From Phoronis australis (Eukaryota > Animalia > Phoronida): a stretch of 44,671 bases of DNA. Shown here piece after piece: positions 13,601 to 25,874 of this stretch; position 1 is the first letter of the stretch, and each line of letters begins with the position of its first letter. The stretch lies in contig NMRA01000186.1 of assembly GCA_002633005.1 (NCBI GenBank), positions 688,411 through 733,081 of the forward strand. Reading direction: 5' to 3'. The notes under the pieces were generated by a model. It saw nothing but the letters and a program-made list of their open reading frames with translations. It was not told the origin of the DNA and ran no database searches. A program made the translations under genes and the position numbers.

Positions 13601-15359
13601 TGAAGGTCAATTATCCAGGTGGTTGGAAGAGTTGAGTCAGTATGACATGTTGATTGAGTATCGTCAGGGTTGTCATCATGGTAATGCTGATGCTTTATCT
13701 CATTTGGACACTCTTATTAGTTGCTGGGAATTCCGCCATGGTGTAAAGTTGGAGGATTTGCCTTGGAAGATGTTCCTATACTCGCTTGAACGATGCCTGT
13801 GATAGGTTTATAGTTGAAGTGGACAATGTTCAACCTTTGTTTGATCGCAGACGAACTGCATACGAGAAGAGACGTTGCTTCGGAACAGCGTAAAGATCCT
13901 CATGTATCATTGTTGTTGACCTGGTTGAAGCAGGGAGTGTATCCTGATAAAGGGGAATTATTTTTAGCTAGCAAGGAATCTAAAACTTTGTGGGTTAATC
14001 GTGATAGGTTTTTGCTTAAGGATGGTTGTGTTTTCTTTAAACGAAAAGAAGACGATAAGATGGTTTGCTTTATTCCCTGTTCATTACGACAAGAGATACT
14101 TGCCATTAGTCATGATATTCCGTGCTCAGGTCATTAAGGTATAGCTCGTACTACTAAGAGTATGAAAGCTAAGTGTTATTGGCCAGGTATGACTTAAGCG
14201 ATTAAGCAGTACATTGGCTCTTGTGACAGATGTGGTCTGAGTAAGAAACCCAATTGATATCCGAAGAAACCCTTAGATATTTATCAGGCGTCTTTGCCAA
14301 TGGAACGGGTGCATCTAGATTTTTTAGGCCCATTGCCGGTGACTCCTAGAGGGAAGGAGCATATCTTAGTCATGGTTGATCAGTTCACGAACTGGGTGGA
14401 GTGTATACCTGTTGAGTCTCAGACAGTGTAGGTTACAGCTCAGGTTGCAGTGGAGCATTTCTTCTCCTGTTTTGGATTTTCGCTTCAGATCTTTACAGAT
14501 AGGGGATCTAACTTTGAAAGTGAACTGTTTACTCAACTATGTATTTTAACAAGAGTGCATAAATCTAGTACGACTGCTTATCGACCTAGTGTTAACGGAC
14601 AATGTGAGCGATTTAATCGCACTTTAATGGATGCAGTGCGATGCTACACGGAAAAGCAGCAGTCCGATTGGGACCTCTTTATTCCACAGATAGCCTGTGC
14701 CCTACGAACATGTGTTAATCGGAATACTGGTTTTAGTCCCAATTATTTAATGTAAGGACGTGAAATTGTGTTGCCACCAGAGTTAGTTTATCCAGTCCCT
14801 AGAGAGGGAGCAACATCAATTGATAGTTATTTAGCCAGTTTGGTTGAAGCAAGTGAAATAGCACGAGATGGCGAGAGAAATCTTAAAAGCTTCTCAGAAA
14901 CACATGAAGCGGGCATATGATGTTAAATTATATAAGCTAAGCTATTCAGTCGGTCAACCAGTGTTGATTTTAGATTCAGCCACTGTTAAAGGAGTTTGCA
15001 AAAAAGTGACTTCTAAGAAAGGACCAGCAATCATTTGAGAAAAGTTGTCAGACTATTTATATAGGGTTAAAACCGACAACAGCATCACAGTAGTGAATCA
15101 TGATAGATTCACAGCCTGTAAGTTTAGACAATTACCAGGATGGATTGAAAACCACATGCAGGATCCACAATTATTGCGGGAAGTAATCCATGATAAAGCC
15201 AAGTTTTACTGTATATGCCGAAGACCTTACGGTAGTCGGAGTAAGATTGAGTGTAGTGGTTGCAAAGACTGGTTCCACACCGACTGTGTAGATCTGAATG
15301 ATGACCGAATGGCTAATTTTGCGAACATCGACTATTATTGTCCCTTGTGTTCCCACTGA
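10651..15359 (+). pseudogene. pol: Gypsy pol: aspartic protease, RT, RNase H, integrase, C-terminal PHD finger
   Basis: LAVVDTGA (PR); YCIDFR, LPFG, YLDD (RT); LDTDAS, TRKELLA, TDH (RH); HDIPCSGH...C..C, HLDFLGP, FTDRGSNF, NGQCERFN (IN); GPY/F-like tail then YCICR...CSGCKDWFH..C...YYCPLC. Confidence 0.92.
12546..13428. mobile_element. Solo LTR (883 bp) inserted in the Gypsy RNase H
   Basis: TGCCAGA...TCTGACA termini (TG..CA, near-inverted) flanked by 5-bp TSD CCTAT (12541-12545 and 13429-13433). Removal restores KVIAYA...SLTPEQRRYYTTRKELLA. Confidence 0.9.
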
Positions 15360-16614
15360 TGGTAGACAGTTTCTTATTGCAGCCTAGTGTACAGACCAGG
15401 GTCATTGACCTTTTGGCCGACGTTAGACCAAAATCACCGATGAATTACGAATGGACGGCGTTATCATCGTGACTTTACGCGACAAACTGGCAATTTCCTT
15501 GACCTCGTCCTTGACCTTGAGCCGTCCAAGATGGAAGTGTGTTTGGGCTTTTTGTGAACATTTTTGTTCTTTGACTGTGAATTTCTTACGAAGTCACCGG
15601 TACAGCTAGGACACCGTGAATAGTATTGGAAGAAAGAACAATTGCCAATGGTTCATTGAAACCTTGTTTTGCGTAAATTTTTTGAGTTTTATGTTAGCTA
15701 TGTAGGGCTGAAGTGAAGCACCCGTGGAATTTCTAGTCAGGAGTGTCATACCTTGTAGTATTATATCAATGTAGTGTATTGGGGATGATCAGAAGCTGAG
15801 GACGCCTGTGGTTTAGCTAGGGAGGACAATCAAAAAGTAGGTCACGGTGCTCTATATCTGCCTCCGTGTAAAACCCACGTCGGTAAATTACCCGATTTCA
15901 GACTTCAAAGTTAGCTATAAGACAATTTTGTGTTATAAATCGTTACCTTAGTCTTTATTTGTAAGTTTGTAATCTTTTTATCTCACATTATCGCTGATAA
16001 ATCATTTTTGTAAGCTTTTTTAGCGCAAGATTTTCCGCCATGCGATCAACTTTCTAAAAAGTACCTCTTGTTCCTCCTATCCAAAAGAGCACTATACTCT
16101 CAAATACAAACATGAAACTTGGACAAGTTGTTTTCTCGAAGTCAAGGCCAAGTTTTCATGGCGTGTTTTCGATCGTCTGGAAGGCCTAATTTTGGTCGGT
16201 CGGGAGATTGATGTTTTTCCAGTTGCGCAATATGCCCCCCCCCNGTAATTACTTCATTTTCAGAAATTCTGTCAAACTGCTGCGCATTGGCACTTTTCAA
16301 ACAGCAGTCGTTAGTTCGCTAAGTCGCCGCATGTCAGCGCCACCAACAGCTACGTTGAAGTTCAATGGCATCGCAACTTCACCGTACGAAATAAAGTTGT
16401 TACAAAGTTTTTGTTGCGTAAATGATGAAATCCTTCATGTTAAGAGTGATTTGTTTTCCCAAATGGTCTTTTGTCTACTTTCTGATGTTTTTTGCCATGA
16501 TACGATCTAATAGTACATGGGTGGCACCCAGCACTGAAAAAAGTGGGGGAGCTATAGCCTCCCCCAGCCCCCTGTCACTGTCAGGCAATGATGTGTTGCC
16601 CATGTAGTAGTATT

Positions 16615-16772
16615 CAGGGGCAGATCTAGGATTTTTAGATAGGAGGGGGGGCAGTGCAGGGTATTACTCAGGATTTTACCCGTAAGATATTTGCACCCTC
16701 AAACTGCCAAATGAAATCTGGGAGTTTTAGGGGCCATGGGCTGGCCCCTTGCCCCCCCCAAATCCACCAATG
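16615..16772. repeat. Short GC-tract MITE-like repeat (CAGGGGCAGATCTAGG...AAATCCACCAATG)
   Basis: Same terminal words as the copies at about 19530-19707, 38050-38208 and 44210-44490, with G/C homopolymer tracts. Confidence 0.6.
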
Positions 16773-17699
16773 TAATCTTGTGATTTGATGTGAAATTTCC
16801 TCCTAGCTCAGATGTATTTATTTCTGACCTGATGTATAGTGTCTTTGCTCTTTACCTTTTAAGCTGTGTAATCCATTGTTTTCATCAAACATGATGGGCC
16901 TGTTCTATATGCTAACAACACACTTAAACAGCAATATCTCCGTAGAAATCGATCCAAATTTTAAATAATACACACCACCATGTTTGCCTCAATGAGATGA
17001 ATCTTTTTATATGCAGCATATGTATATTCTTTTATTTTTTATAAAATTATGTAAAAAGGTAGATATTTTACGCATAATTGTCGTGTTTCAACGGCCATTT
17101 TCTCGTTAACCGCTGATCCACTTTTTCTTATTTTTGCACCATTTCATTTCTCACACCAAGGGCTTTTCAAAAATGTATGACACATGGGTATTGTAAAAAA
17201 TATAAAAAAACGGAAGATCTACGTTTTCAGCAAGGGGGGTTTAGGATTTCCGCCAAGGTCGAATCCTAGGCGCGTGGCGCCGAGTGGGAGGAGGTCGGGA
17301 GGGGGGGTTTCCCCTCCCGTGTAAGAAATTTTTTTGTTTTTATAGCCAAATAGTGAAATTTCTATGCATCCTGGTAAGTTTCTGGCACTTAACATGTCTC
17401 TGGTGTTTTTCTTAAGATAATTAAAAACCCTTCTCGATTTCGTCACATGAACTTGGCTCATAAGTTTTGTGAAACCATATTGTGCACATCTGGGTATGAG
17501 TCACGCCACCAGCAAAAATTTTTGTTGGAACTTCTGCTTACACACACCTTTTTAGCATACGAAAAGTCGTATACGAAAAAGTGTGGTGTGTATACAGGGG
17601 TTTAGACAATTTCAAGAGCATAATTAAGGAGCACCGACGGGACGTAAAAACTTGAATATCAGATGATCGCGTATCAGCAGCCTCAAGTTGTTTAAGAAC

Positions 17700-18640
17700 G
17701 AAGACCTGCACTGTTAGTCCAGAAATAAACATGTGTTCTGTCTCGTTGCGAGAGAAACTGGCGAACGATGGTGCTCTCAACTCATAGTCTATTAGTAAAA
17801 GCGACAATAATTAATTAGGTATCACTTTATTAAGCTGAATCACGTTGACAACAATTGAAAAACGTCAAATCTATCAGGAAACAAATTATCTGAAAACAGT
17901 TTCACAAAACCAAAACATCCTGTGCACAGTGGTGAAAAGATACACTCGACTAGTTTGCAGAGGGACCAGATGTACACTGAGAGTACACAAAAAGCTGACC
18001 TGGTCCGTCACGAGACCAAGAGTACACCTGTGCTTATTATCCCTACAAAAATAGCCGATCTGTCGCGGCACCAAACAGTACTGACTGAGATAAATAGTTT
18101 TACAAAGCACACTTTGGTAAAAAAATCACAAGACTATAGTCGCCGAAGGACCAGAAGTACAATGAAACTGAACATCTACACAAATCAAGCTGGCCTGGTT
18201 CGTCGCGAGACCTCAAGTGTACTATGCAAAAAATTTTGAATTGAAAACTTCTCTCTAAAATTTTAATCCCCAGTGGTTACTCATACGTTAGTCCTATCCT
18301 TCTCTTGTCTAGACTACTGAGGAATTTGTATATCGGATCCAATGATTTGCCCGTCTTGGAAAAATTCTACCCAAATATCTTCGATGTTTGTTCCCAACGC
18401 TTGCACTTCGTCAACTGCTGTGTCAATGAGCTTGTAAGCCTCTACAATGTCAGCATCTCGTTTCGCAGCTCAGTTGACACTAAGACCCTTGAGGTTGCCA
18501 AGTCAGTTCAAAAGACTCACATGCGCAACTAAATTTGATCCGTTCACCATGGACTACTTCAAACCTTGACGAAGCATCCCAGGACCTATTTGCATCTCTT
18601 GCAATTTTCGAAATAAACGTCCCAATGTAAGAACGCTTGA
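17700..18640 (-). pseudogene. Degenerate hAT (Tip100/ZMYM1/PRKRIR-like) transposase fragment
   Basis: Minus strand 18230-18500 reads LKGLSVN*AAKRDADIVEAYKLIDTAVDEVQALGTNIEDIWVEFF...IPQ*SRQEKDRTN...FRE, matching the LSxxLQ...D+..A / P...RQ..R.N region of hAT transposases. Possible C-terminus LSLLLIDY at about 17750-17807. Confidence 0.6.
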
Positions 18641-19573
18641 AACCCGAAGTACTAATATCAAATAAATGCCCATGGACATGAGCGTTTCATCAGGTGAGCC
18701 TTTCTGCGGAAATTCCCAGTATAGAAGACGGCAGTGTGCTTATTGCAGGTAAACAGAGGGTAGGTGTTGAGGTAGGAACTAGGGCTCCTTAGGAGGCCTA
18801 TTGAACATCGCACGAGTCCCGCAAGACTTTGTTGTGAAAGAACAGCCTCCCCGCAATTTCTGGTACTGTACACTTTTCGCGAATGCGGTCACTTTCTCAA
18901 TGTGAGTACCCCCTTGGTCATTCCTTGTATAGACATAACTTGTTATAGAGTGTGTCTTCAAACGGACTCGCGACCAGAACACGGCGCCCGCTACAATAGC
19001 AATTCTTCGGAAAAAGATATTTTTCAAAAATATTACATGTACACAATATTACATGTACATGTACACTGTATGATATTGCGCAAGACAACTTTACTATACA
19101 TCAGTTAAAAACATGTGGAGTGTAATAGAATAACACGGCATGACAGATGAGGTAAAAACGTTGCATGTCAATTCGCCTGAATATCAGGGTTGCGGCACCG
19201 CAGTATTTCCCCGAATCAAATCAAAATATATCTTAGAGTAAAGAAGCTAGTTACCTAAAGAAATCAGCTATAGAACTGCTCTTTCAGCGGTGAATCCATC
19301 TAAAATGCTTGGCTACTTCAGAAGTGTCGACGGAAGCGAGCATCAATAAATCCCCGCGCGTTTTGCCGATGAGCCACAAAGACTCAGCAATTCACGACGC
19401 AAAAAACTATATTTTCAGAGTGAACCCCCCCTCAATTTTTTCCAAGTTGGTTTACTTGGGGTTTACACACGCTGGCAGTGCCGTTTTTGTTTTGCTGGCG
19501 ACGCTTTTGCTTTTTTTTTAATTTTTGGGTCCTGGCCCGAGGGGTGGGTTTAAACCCCCTGACCCCCCCCCCC

Positions 19574-19692
19574 NNNNNNNNNNNNNNNNNNNNNNNNNNN
19601 NNNNNNNNNNNNNNNNNNNNNNNNNNNNNNNNNNNNNNNNNNNNNNNNNNNNNNNNNNNNNNNNNNNNNNNNNNNNNNNNNNNNNNNNNNNN
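19574..19692. other. Assembly gap inside a GC-tract MITE
   Basis: N run after poly-C, followed by GTAGATCCGCCACTG. Confidence 1.
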
Positions 19693-20447
19693 GTAGATCC
19701 GCCACTGAACGTTGTCCTCCCTAGTTTAGCTTTGGTGCAAAGCTGTATACTAAATGTATCGTCATCACTTGAGTCATCCTGAGTACTGACTGTTACTGTT
19801 ACTTAGTCAGCTGGCTCCAGCTGGCCAGGGTTTCAGTTGAGTTAAGCGTAACTTGCAGAAAATCTTCAGCCGTACAGAATAGTTATGTTCCATCGGAGAC
19901 GATTACAAATAAAATTCTTACTGATTCAGATTGTTGTTGGTGTTGGACTAGACTCTTGTCTTCTTCAGCAATTTCATCTAACGAGACATTGTGGTCAACC
20001 AAGGGCGTGGAGGCAGAGGCAACTTCATCCATCTTGCTAGTCCAGTCACGCTATCTACGAACTTAGTCTTAGTAGCGGATCTAAGGCACCTGTTTTTCGG
20101 GCCTCACAAGTTGACGTCACGGATAGCTTGCGAGGCCCTGTCCGAAGGCACTAGAACGATGGTTTTCATTGGCTGTTGTTCGTACTGGAGTCGAGCACAT
20201 TCGTCAGCACCTTCATGTGATTGGCTAAAATGTTGTAAGAAAAAAAAACTAATACTAGTTGAAATAATCATTACAACGTTAAGAAATTCTGTCTCTTCTA
20301 AAAGAGGGGAATTTCCTTTACATAGGATGATGAACAATTATAGTATTTATATTTTTTGTGTACATCTGGGCCATATAAAATGGATACAATTGATTAGAGT
20401 GCCTTGAATTTTTCAAGAAATTTTCCCTGCTCCTTTGCTTCTGGAAT

Positions 20448-20574
20448 TTCAGTAGACGCTAGGACCTACGCTAGGACCTAGCTTAAAGTCACGTGTTCTC
20501 GTTTAAAATGCACGGCAAGATCTCATGTAATCTTGCGAAGTCTTGCTTTTTAACGAGGTCCTAGCGTTACTGAA
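20448..20574. mobile_element. Small MITE / inverted repeat
   Basis: TTCAGTAGACGCTAGGACCT ... AGGTCCTAGCGTTACTGAA; ACGCTAGGACCT is duplicated in the left arm. Confidence 0.6.
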
Positions 20575-21313
20575 CGGGAGGCTCTCATTGCTCACGGAAA
20601 CGAATTCGAAAAGGTGCGCCATGCAGTTTCTACATTTCTCAAGTACATTCCAATAGCCGGATAGGACATTAGTTTGCAAGGTTCTGTCACTGCTGTAAAT
20701 AGGTGACCTTGCATATTTTGTTTAAGTCTCAAATGTGCATGTGTTCATAGTGGTGACAAGTGGTGTACATTCCAATGCTTATACATATTTGCTGAAAATG
20801 GCTGTAGAGTTTGATTTTCAACATTTTGTCAATCTCCCACTAATTAATTGGATCACGTGCATGTCTTGTACAATTTATGAAAAAGGTACATTGACAGCCA
20901 GCTGCATCAATGCATGATCATTTTTTATGCAAATGTTCAAGATGAGATCTCAAAAACGCTGTTGTAGAGTTTCCTTAAATGTCATTTCGCGTTTTTCATT
21001 CATGCCAGTTTAGATGTTTTATGAAAGTCGTTAAAGTCCTCTTTTGATCGGTCCTCGTGAAAAAGTGGAATAATCAAAAACAATTCTTAACAGCGTTGTG
21101 GAGAACTGCATAAAGCATAGTACGTGAAAAGTTCTTGTAAATCCGATCAGCTAATGCCGAGATGTGATGTTCCGAAGTTAATACCCATATTTTGGATTTT
21201 TTTATGGTCCTACATAACCCCAAGGCGTGCCTATAAAACTAAGTACTGTAGAAGATTTTTGATCCTTCCGCACTGAATTACGTCCAAACATACCCCGGCA
21301 GCTGCGGCATTAA

Positions 21314-22643
21314 AGGCGAAGGCAACTTTTTTTCATGTCACTTTTAGCAAAAATAGGATTCGTTGATTATCCCAGACACATTTTTCACTTAATTACAGCT
21401 TTTCGTAATTTAATTAGTTTCTCGACCTCTACTCCGGAAGTGAGGTTTTGGGAGGCAAGAATTTCGCGCCAATTTCTTTTCATTATAGTCTGACTGTGAG
21501 AGCTGTCGAGTCAGTCATTGTAATGTTCTACCTTGTTTGTGATAAGTTCGGTCGTTGTTTGCTTTTGCCAAGTCAGTCAACATGCCACGCTGTTGGTGCG
21601 TGCCGGGATGTACTCATTACGGTCTCACACGCGCTTTGGGTACCTTGCGTCGCTTTCCGAAAGGTGATACACTTCGCCGTACTTGGCTAGCTCGTTCATG
21701 TGAAGAACGCGGCGCTACCCGTCCACGCAACGTACAAAGCAGTGGAGGGTTACCGAGTGTGTGGCAAGCATTTTCTGCCGTCAGATTATGACAGATATAT
21801 ATACCCTGAATTGATGAAGGTCTCTGCGAAACAACGCCTGAAGAAGGGTACCATACCGTCGCTGTTGATTCCCGGCAGTGACCCGTCGCCAACCCCGAGA
21901 AGTGCGTTTTTGAAGCGAGACTAGAAACCTCGCGAGCTGTGGCCACTATATACAGTGACTGGAGGCCCTTCATCTACTGTCACTCGTGCCTCCGAACGTA
22001 CCCCATTGTGTGCAATTCCGGGAACTAGCAGTGATTCGCCCTGTGCTGTTGTCTCTAGCCCAGAGCCTGTAAGCAGCCCTGCGCGATGTTGAGTAGTGGG
22101 AGTGAATACAGGCCCAGTTCGACACCCAGTAAAGTACAGTTCGTCAACCAATGAACAGATCGGTGAGCCTAAGTTTGATTAGTTTATTGTAGACTTGTAT
22201 TGGAGCTATTTGGAAGGTGCCAGGTGTGTGGCGACGGAGTCACACGGCGGGATGTAAGCAGTTTGGGTGCTCAGATCACCCTCTAGTGGGAGTGTGTCGC
22301 GGGACACTCGGGCAAGTGGGACAGTTCATCCTCGGTACGTGAGACGATAATGAGTACAACCCAGTACGCAGCAACAGCGTGGCATGTTGACTGACTCGTA
22401 TGCAAAAGCAAACGACGACCGAACTTATCACAACCGAGGTAGAACAATGAGTAACTCGACTGCTCTCACAGTTAGACTATATGAAAAGAAACTGGTGCGA
22501 AAGTCTTGCCTCCCAAAACGTCTTTTCCGGAGTAGACGACGAGTAATTAATTAAATTACGAAAAGCAGTAAAAAATATGTCTGAGATAATCAACGAACCT
22601 TATTTTTGCTAAAAATGACATGAAAAAAAGGTTGCCTTCGCCT
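21314..22643 (+). mobile_element. Kolobok-like non-autonomous element with about 300-bp inverted ends and a THAP/transposase N-terminal remnant
   Basis: TTAA|AGGCGAAGGCAAC ... GTTGCCTTCGCCT|TTAA. THAP: MPRCWCVPGC...RFPK...W...VCGKHF...RLKKGTIPSL (frameshifted, 21582-21924). LELFGRCQVCG...WECVAGHSGKWDSS (22200-22340). Confidence 0.85.
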
Positions 22644-23203
22644 TTAAAAATCTTCGGACCTCGGTCGTCGAACCCAAACAGTCGTTCAGGACCGCAGGCC
22701 GTTTATAGGTCAGCTAATTTTGACTTGAACATCGGGTGGAAAATGATGGTTTTCAACAGGTGAAAATTTGGAAAATGTCCCAGCCCGACTGTCAGTGACG
22801 ACCAGCCTTTTGCGGCATTGTCGCAGCTTCGTGGGCTTATACATATACGTCGAATTGGCTTCTTTCCCACGCATGCTCAAACTCAGACTAAAAAACAACG
22901 ATATGGCAAACCTTTATTCTTCACAGTTATGCTCATTCTTTATGCCTATACTATTCGTGTTTAAGTTCATGACTGGTGTGTTTGTTAATCCGTCCAACCA
23001 TGCAGCAATCAATAATTAAACATTGATTTATTGAACACATTTATAAGAATTAGTTATATTAGTTTTGTCTAGTTGGATCAACGTCGTTAGCCTAATGATG
23101 GTTTTACCATAGGCGTATTTCAATCTTCTTATTGAAACCAGATTTGGACAAGATGAAGTTTGATAAGAAAGAAGAGCAGTGCTATTCCAGAAAGGACTAG
23201 TCT

Positions 23204-23950
23204 ATGCTGAAAGCTGCCAGAGCAGAATTTGTGTCCATGAAGAGAACTGTAGGTCGGGCGTTTAGTGACGGAGTCTGCCGTGCATCGCCACTGTGGGCAG
23301 ACTTCCGCGTTGGAATTGGCAATCCAGTGACAGTACGCGACCTGCTCCAGAATACCTGCTTCCAAACAAACTTGCACTCGCTGGATATGACAAGTTCGTT
23401 AAACACTCTCGACGCTGGAATCCAGGTGCAAACGACACAAGGAAAAGCTGCAGAGGACTGCTCCGAACACGACAAAAAAGAATGGGAATATCAATCGTTA
23501 AAGCGCAATATTCAGAGGGCGCTATCGTCTCCACCTAACTATGGAAACAACCAGCTTGAATTTTCTCATCTTCCGAATTTAAACAATTACTGTGCAAGCG
23601 ATGTGAAAAATTTGGCAGTCTTTGACGACTTGCCACCAATCAAACATAAGACTAAAAATCAGCTGCAGAAAGCCAGAAGCTGTCCCAGTAAAACATATTC
23701 ATGGCAAAAGCCTTCACAAGGTCGTCTGAATATCACCAACAATGTGACGAACAACTTAAAGCCAGAAAAAGAACCATCGTTACAGATTCATAATGTCAAG
23801 CTTCGTCGTAATTTGGTGGCGAGGAAAGTGTGTGACGACGTCTCAATGCACGAACAGAAGGAAGGTGTGAAGGGAAACAGTGTCAAGTTGCCAGTTATCA
23901 AATACAAGCTGTCGAAGATACCAAAAGACGTACCTAGTTGGTCGCAATAA
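23204..23950 (+). CDS. Uncharacterised 248-aa basic ORF (single or terminal exon)
   Basis: Uninterrupted 747-bp ORF in an AT-rich background with no TE motifs; AATAAA overlaps the stop; LPPIK and KLPVIK motifs. Confidence 0.5.
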   Translation: MLKAARAEFVSMKRTVGRAFSDGVCRASPLWADFRVGIGNPVTVRDLLQNTCFQTNLHSLDMTSSLNTLDAGIQVQTTQGKAAEDCSEHDKKEWEYQSLKRNIQRALSSPPNYGNNQLEFSHLPNLNNYCASDVKNLAVFDDLPPIKHKTKNQLQKARSCPSKTYSWQKPSQGRLNITNNVTNNLKPEKEPSLQIHNVKLRRNLVARKVCDDVSMHEQKEGVKGNSVKLPVIKYKLSKIPKDVPSWSQ

Positions 23951-25867
23951 AACCGAAGGCAATGCAGTAATAATCTACAGTCTTCCCTTTTTGAAGACAT
24001 GCTATTTACGCTCGCCGCTGTCTATAGGCACTGGATTTCTTGATAGTACTACAGTGTACTTGTACTTGTAACTATTGACTACTATTTGTCGGTACACTGG
24101 ATGTAACCCATCGAGACGATGCTAATGATGCTAAATGAAGATTAACGGTTTCGATTTTTTAACATTTTAATGCGGTTACGAAACCTACTGTCTAAAAGGG
24201 AATATATACGAATTGTTGTTATTTTAGTGAGTGAAAACTTTTTGAATGATATGCAAGATGCGTGTATTAGACTGTGAGGTTCCGGCCACGGGGATAAAGA
24301 TGATGAACTTAGGCGCTGGTGACCACGTTCCGAAGTGAAAAGCAATTCGATTAATTCATTCCCTTCTGTGATCATGGCGTTCTGCAGCCATTACTTCCGA
24401 CCGATTTCTTTTTAAGCTGTCTTGTAGTGCTGCAATAGGAATAGGCCTACGTCATAAGTTCATCCGCGTACTTAAGTATTTGATTGGTGTAGAGTACCTT
24501 ACTTAGACTTAGTTAATGACTATAATGCAGTCCAAGGTAGCAAATTTCAACATTGCATGTCATTAAATAGACCTCGATAAGCGTGAAGAATGCCTGTAAC
24601 AACTTTCCTCCCACGCATGTTACGCTTACAAAACGACGTTACTGCGCCTTCTTGTCAAGTGTCAAAAGTGAAATTGGTTACAATTATTCGCCTAGCTAAA
24701 TCCGACGTGTCGAACTTTCGATTTCTGAACTCGACCGTTCACGACGTGACTTATTATTGAGAGTGGTTTGAAACAATAACAAACTGTCTGTTCTCCCCGA
24801 GCCCAGAATCACTTCTAAACTGAGGAAGGAGAACGCGAGACCGATTTTAAGTGGCCTAAATCAAAGTTGTTTTTTTAATAAAATGCGAATTTAAAACCGC
24901 TTTAAGCTTCATCTCATTTTCATAAACCATGCAGTATAAAGAAATGGATGTTGGGCAAATTTCGCCAATGGCTTAAATTATGGTTATTAGTAAATGGTTT
25001 TTCATTATTCGAAATGTCTTTGCAAATTCCAAATTGTCTAACCTTACGCGTCATGCATTTCCATGGAAACAGGTACTTGACTCTGATAATGACTGTGAGT
25101 TGATTGAAGTGACCTTCAGTACTTGTGTAATATGAACCATGCACAGTTCTCCTAAATCAGTCGACATTTATGAAAAAGAAGGCGAAACAATTCATCTAAA
25201 CACAATTTTCCATCGATTACCTAATTCAGTGTTATTGATGTTGTCATGAAAGTAGATATCAAATAAAAATACTTTAATTGCGATGCGATTTAAAAATATT
25301 TTCAGTTTACAATATCTTTTCCACATATGGATGACATTTTCCAAGGCATGTATTACTATAATATCATTCTTTATTTGGCACGTGATAATTGAGAACTCGA
25401 ATTAGACAGCACATGCTATTAACCACATAAACATACCCACATAAAGTTGTATGACTTTATTGGCCAGCATATGCTCGCCGTTCGCCATAGTTCAGGTAAA
25501 GACTGCTTTTTCCCAGGTAATGGTTGAAAGGCTTCATTCGAGGTAAATCCTTTGAACAGGTTTTTTAGCGGAAGATAACCGTATATCCCGTCAACTATTC
25601 AACGTGAGCTGCGGACCCTGGTGAGTCTCAATGACTGTCAGGAGACATGGAGTGTTGCAGAGAGGTTGTGCCGTAAACTCGTTGAGTATCTGTATCTTGT
25701 CATTGCATTGAATTGAAGAGAAACTCGCCGCGGAGCACCGAGACATTTTTATTTTAGCTTCACATACGTCTATCTTGAAAACAATAATTATCGTAAAAAT
25801 GTCACAGAAACAAACGATGTGAATGCATAACAAAATGTCGGTGGATAGCAGAAATGAATTTGCGCGT

Positions 25868-25874
25868 TATAAAA
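25868..25874 (+). promoter_or_regulatory. Putative TATA box of the secreted-protein gene
   Basis: TATAAAA followed by a candidate donor ACAAG|GTATAT (25917) that could splice to the acceptor TTTCAG at 26295. Confidence 0.35.

Larger units (their letters stand above)
8545..15359 (+). mobile_element. Ty3/Gypsy LTR retrotransposon internal region (gag-PR-RT-RNaseH-IN-PHD), decayed, with two nested insertions
   Basis: Domain order PR-RT-RH-IN is typical of Gypsy. Many stops and frameshifts. No flanking LTR pair was recognised. Confidence 0.92.

Noticed and set aside
15780-15840. Purine-rich GGGAGGA as a Gypsy PPT and 3' LTR start
   Set aside because: Not followed by a TG-starting repeat that matches anything upstream.
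19710-20230. Exon-like minus-strand sequence possibly belonging to the hAT relic
   Set aside because: No diagnostic motifs and several stops.
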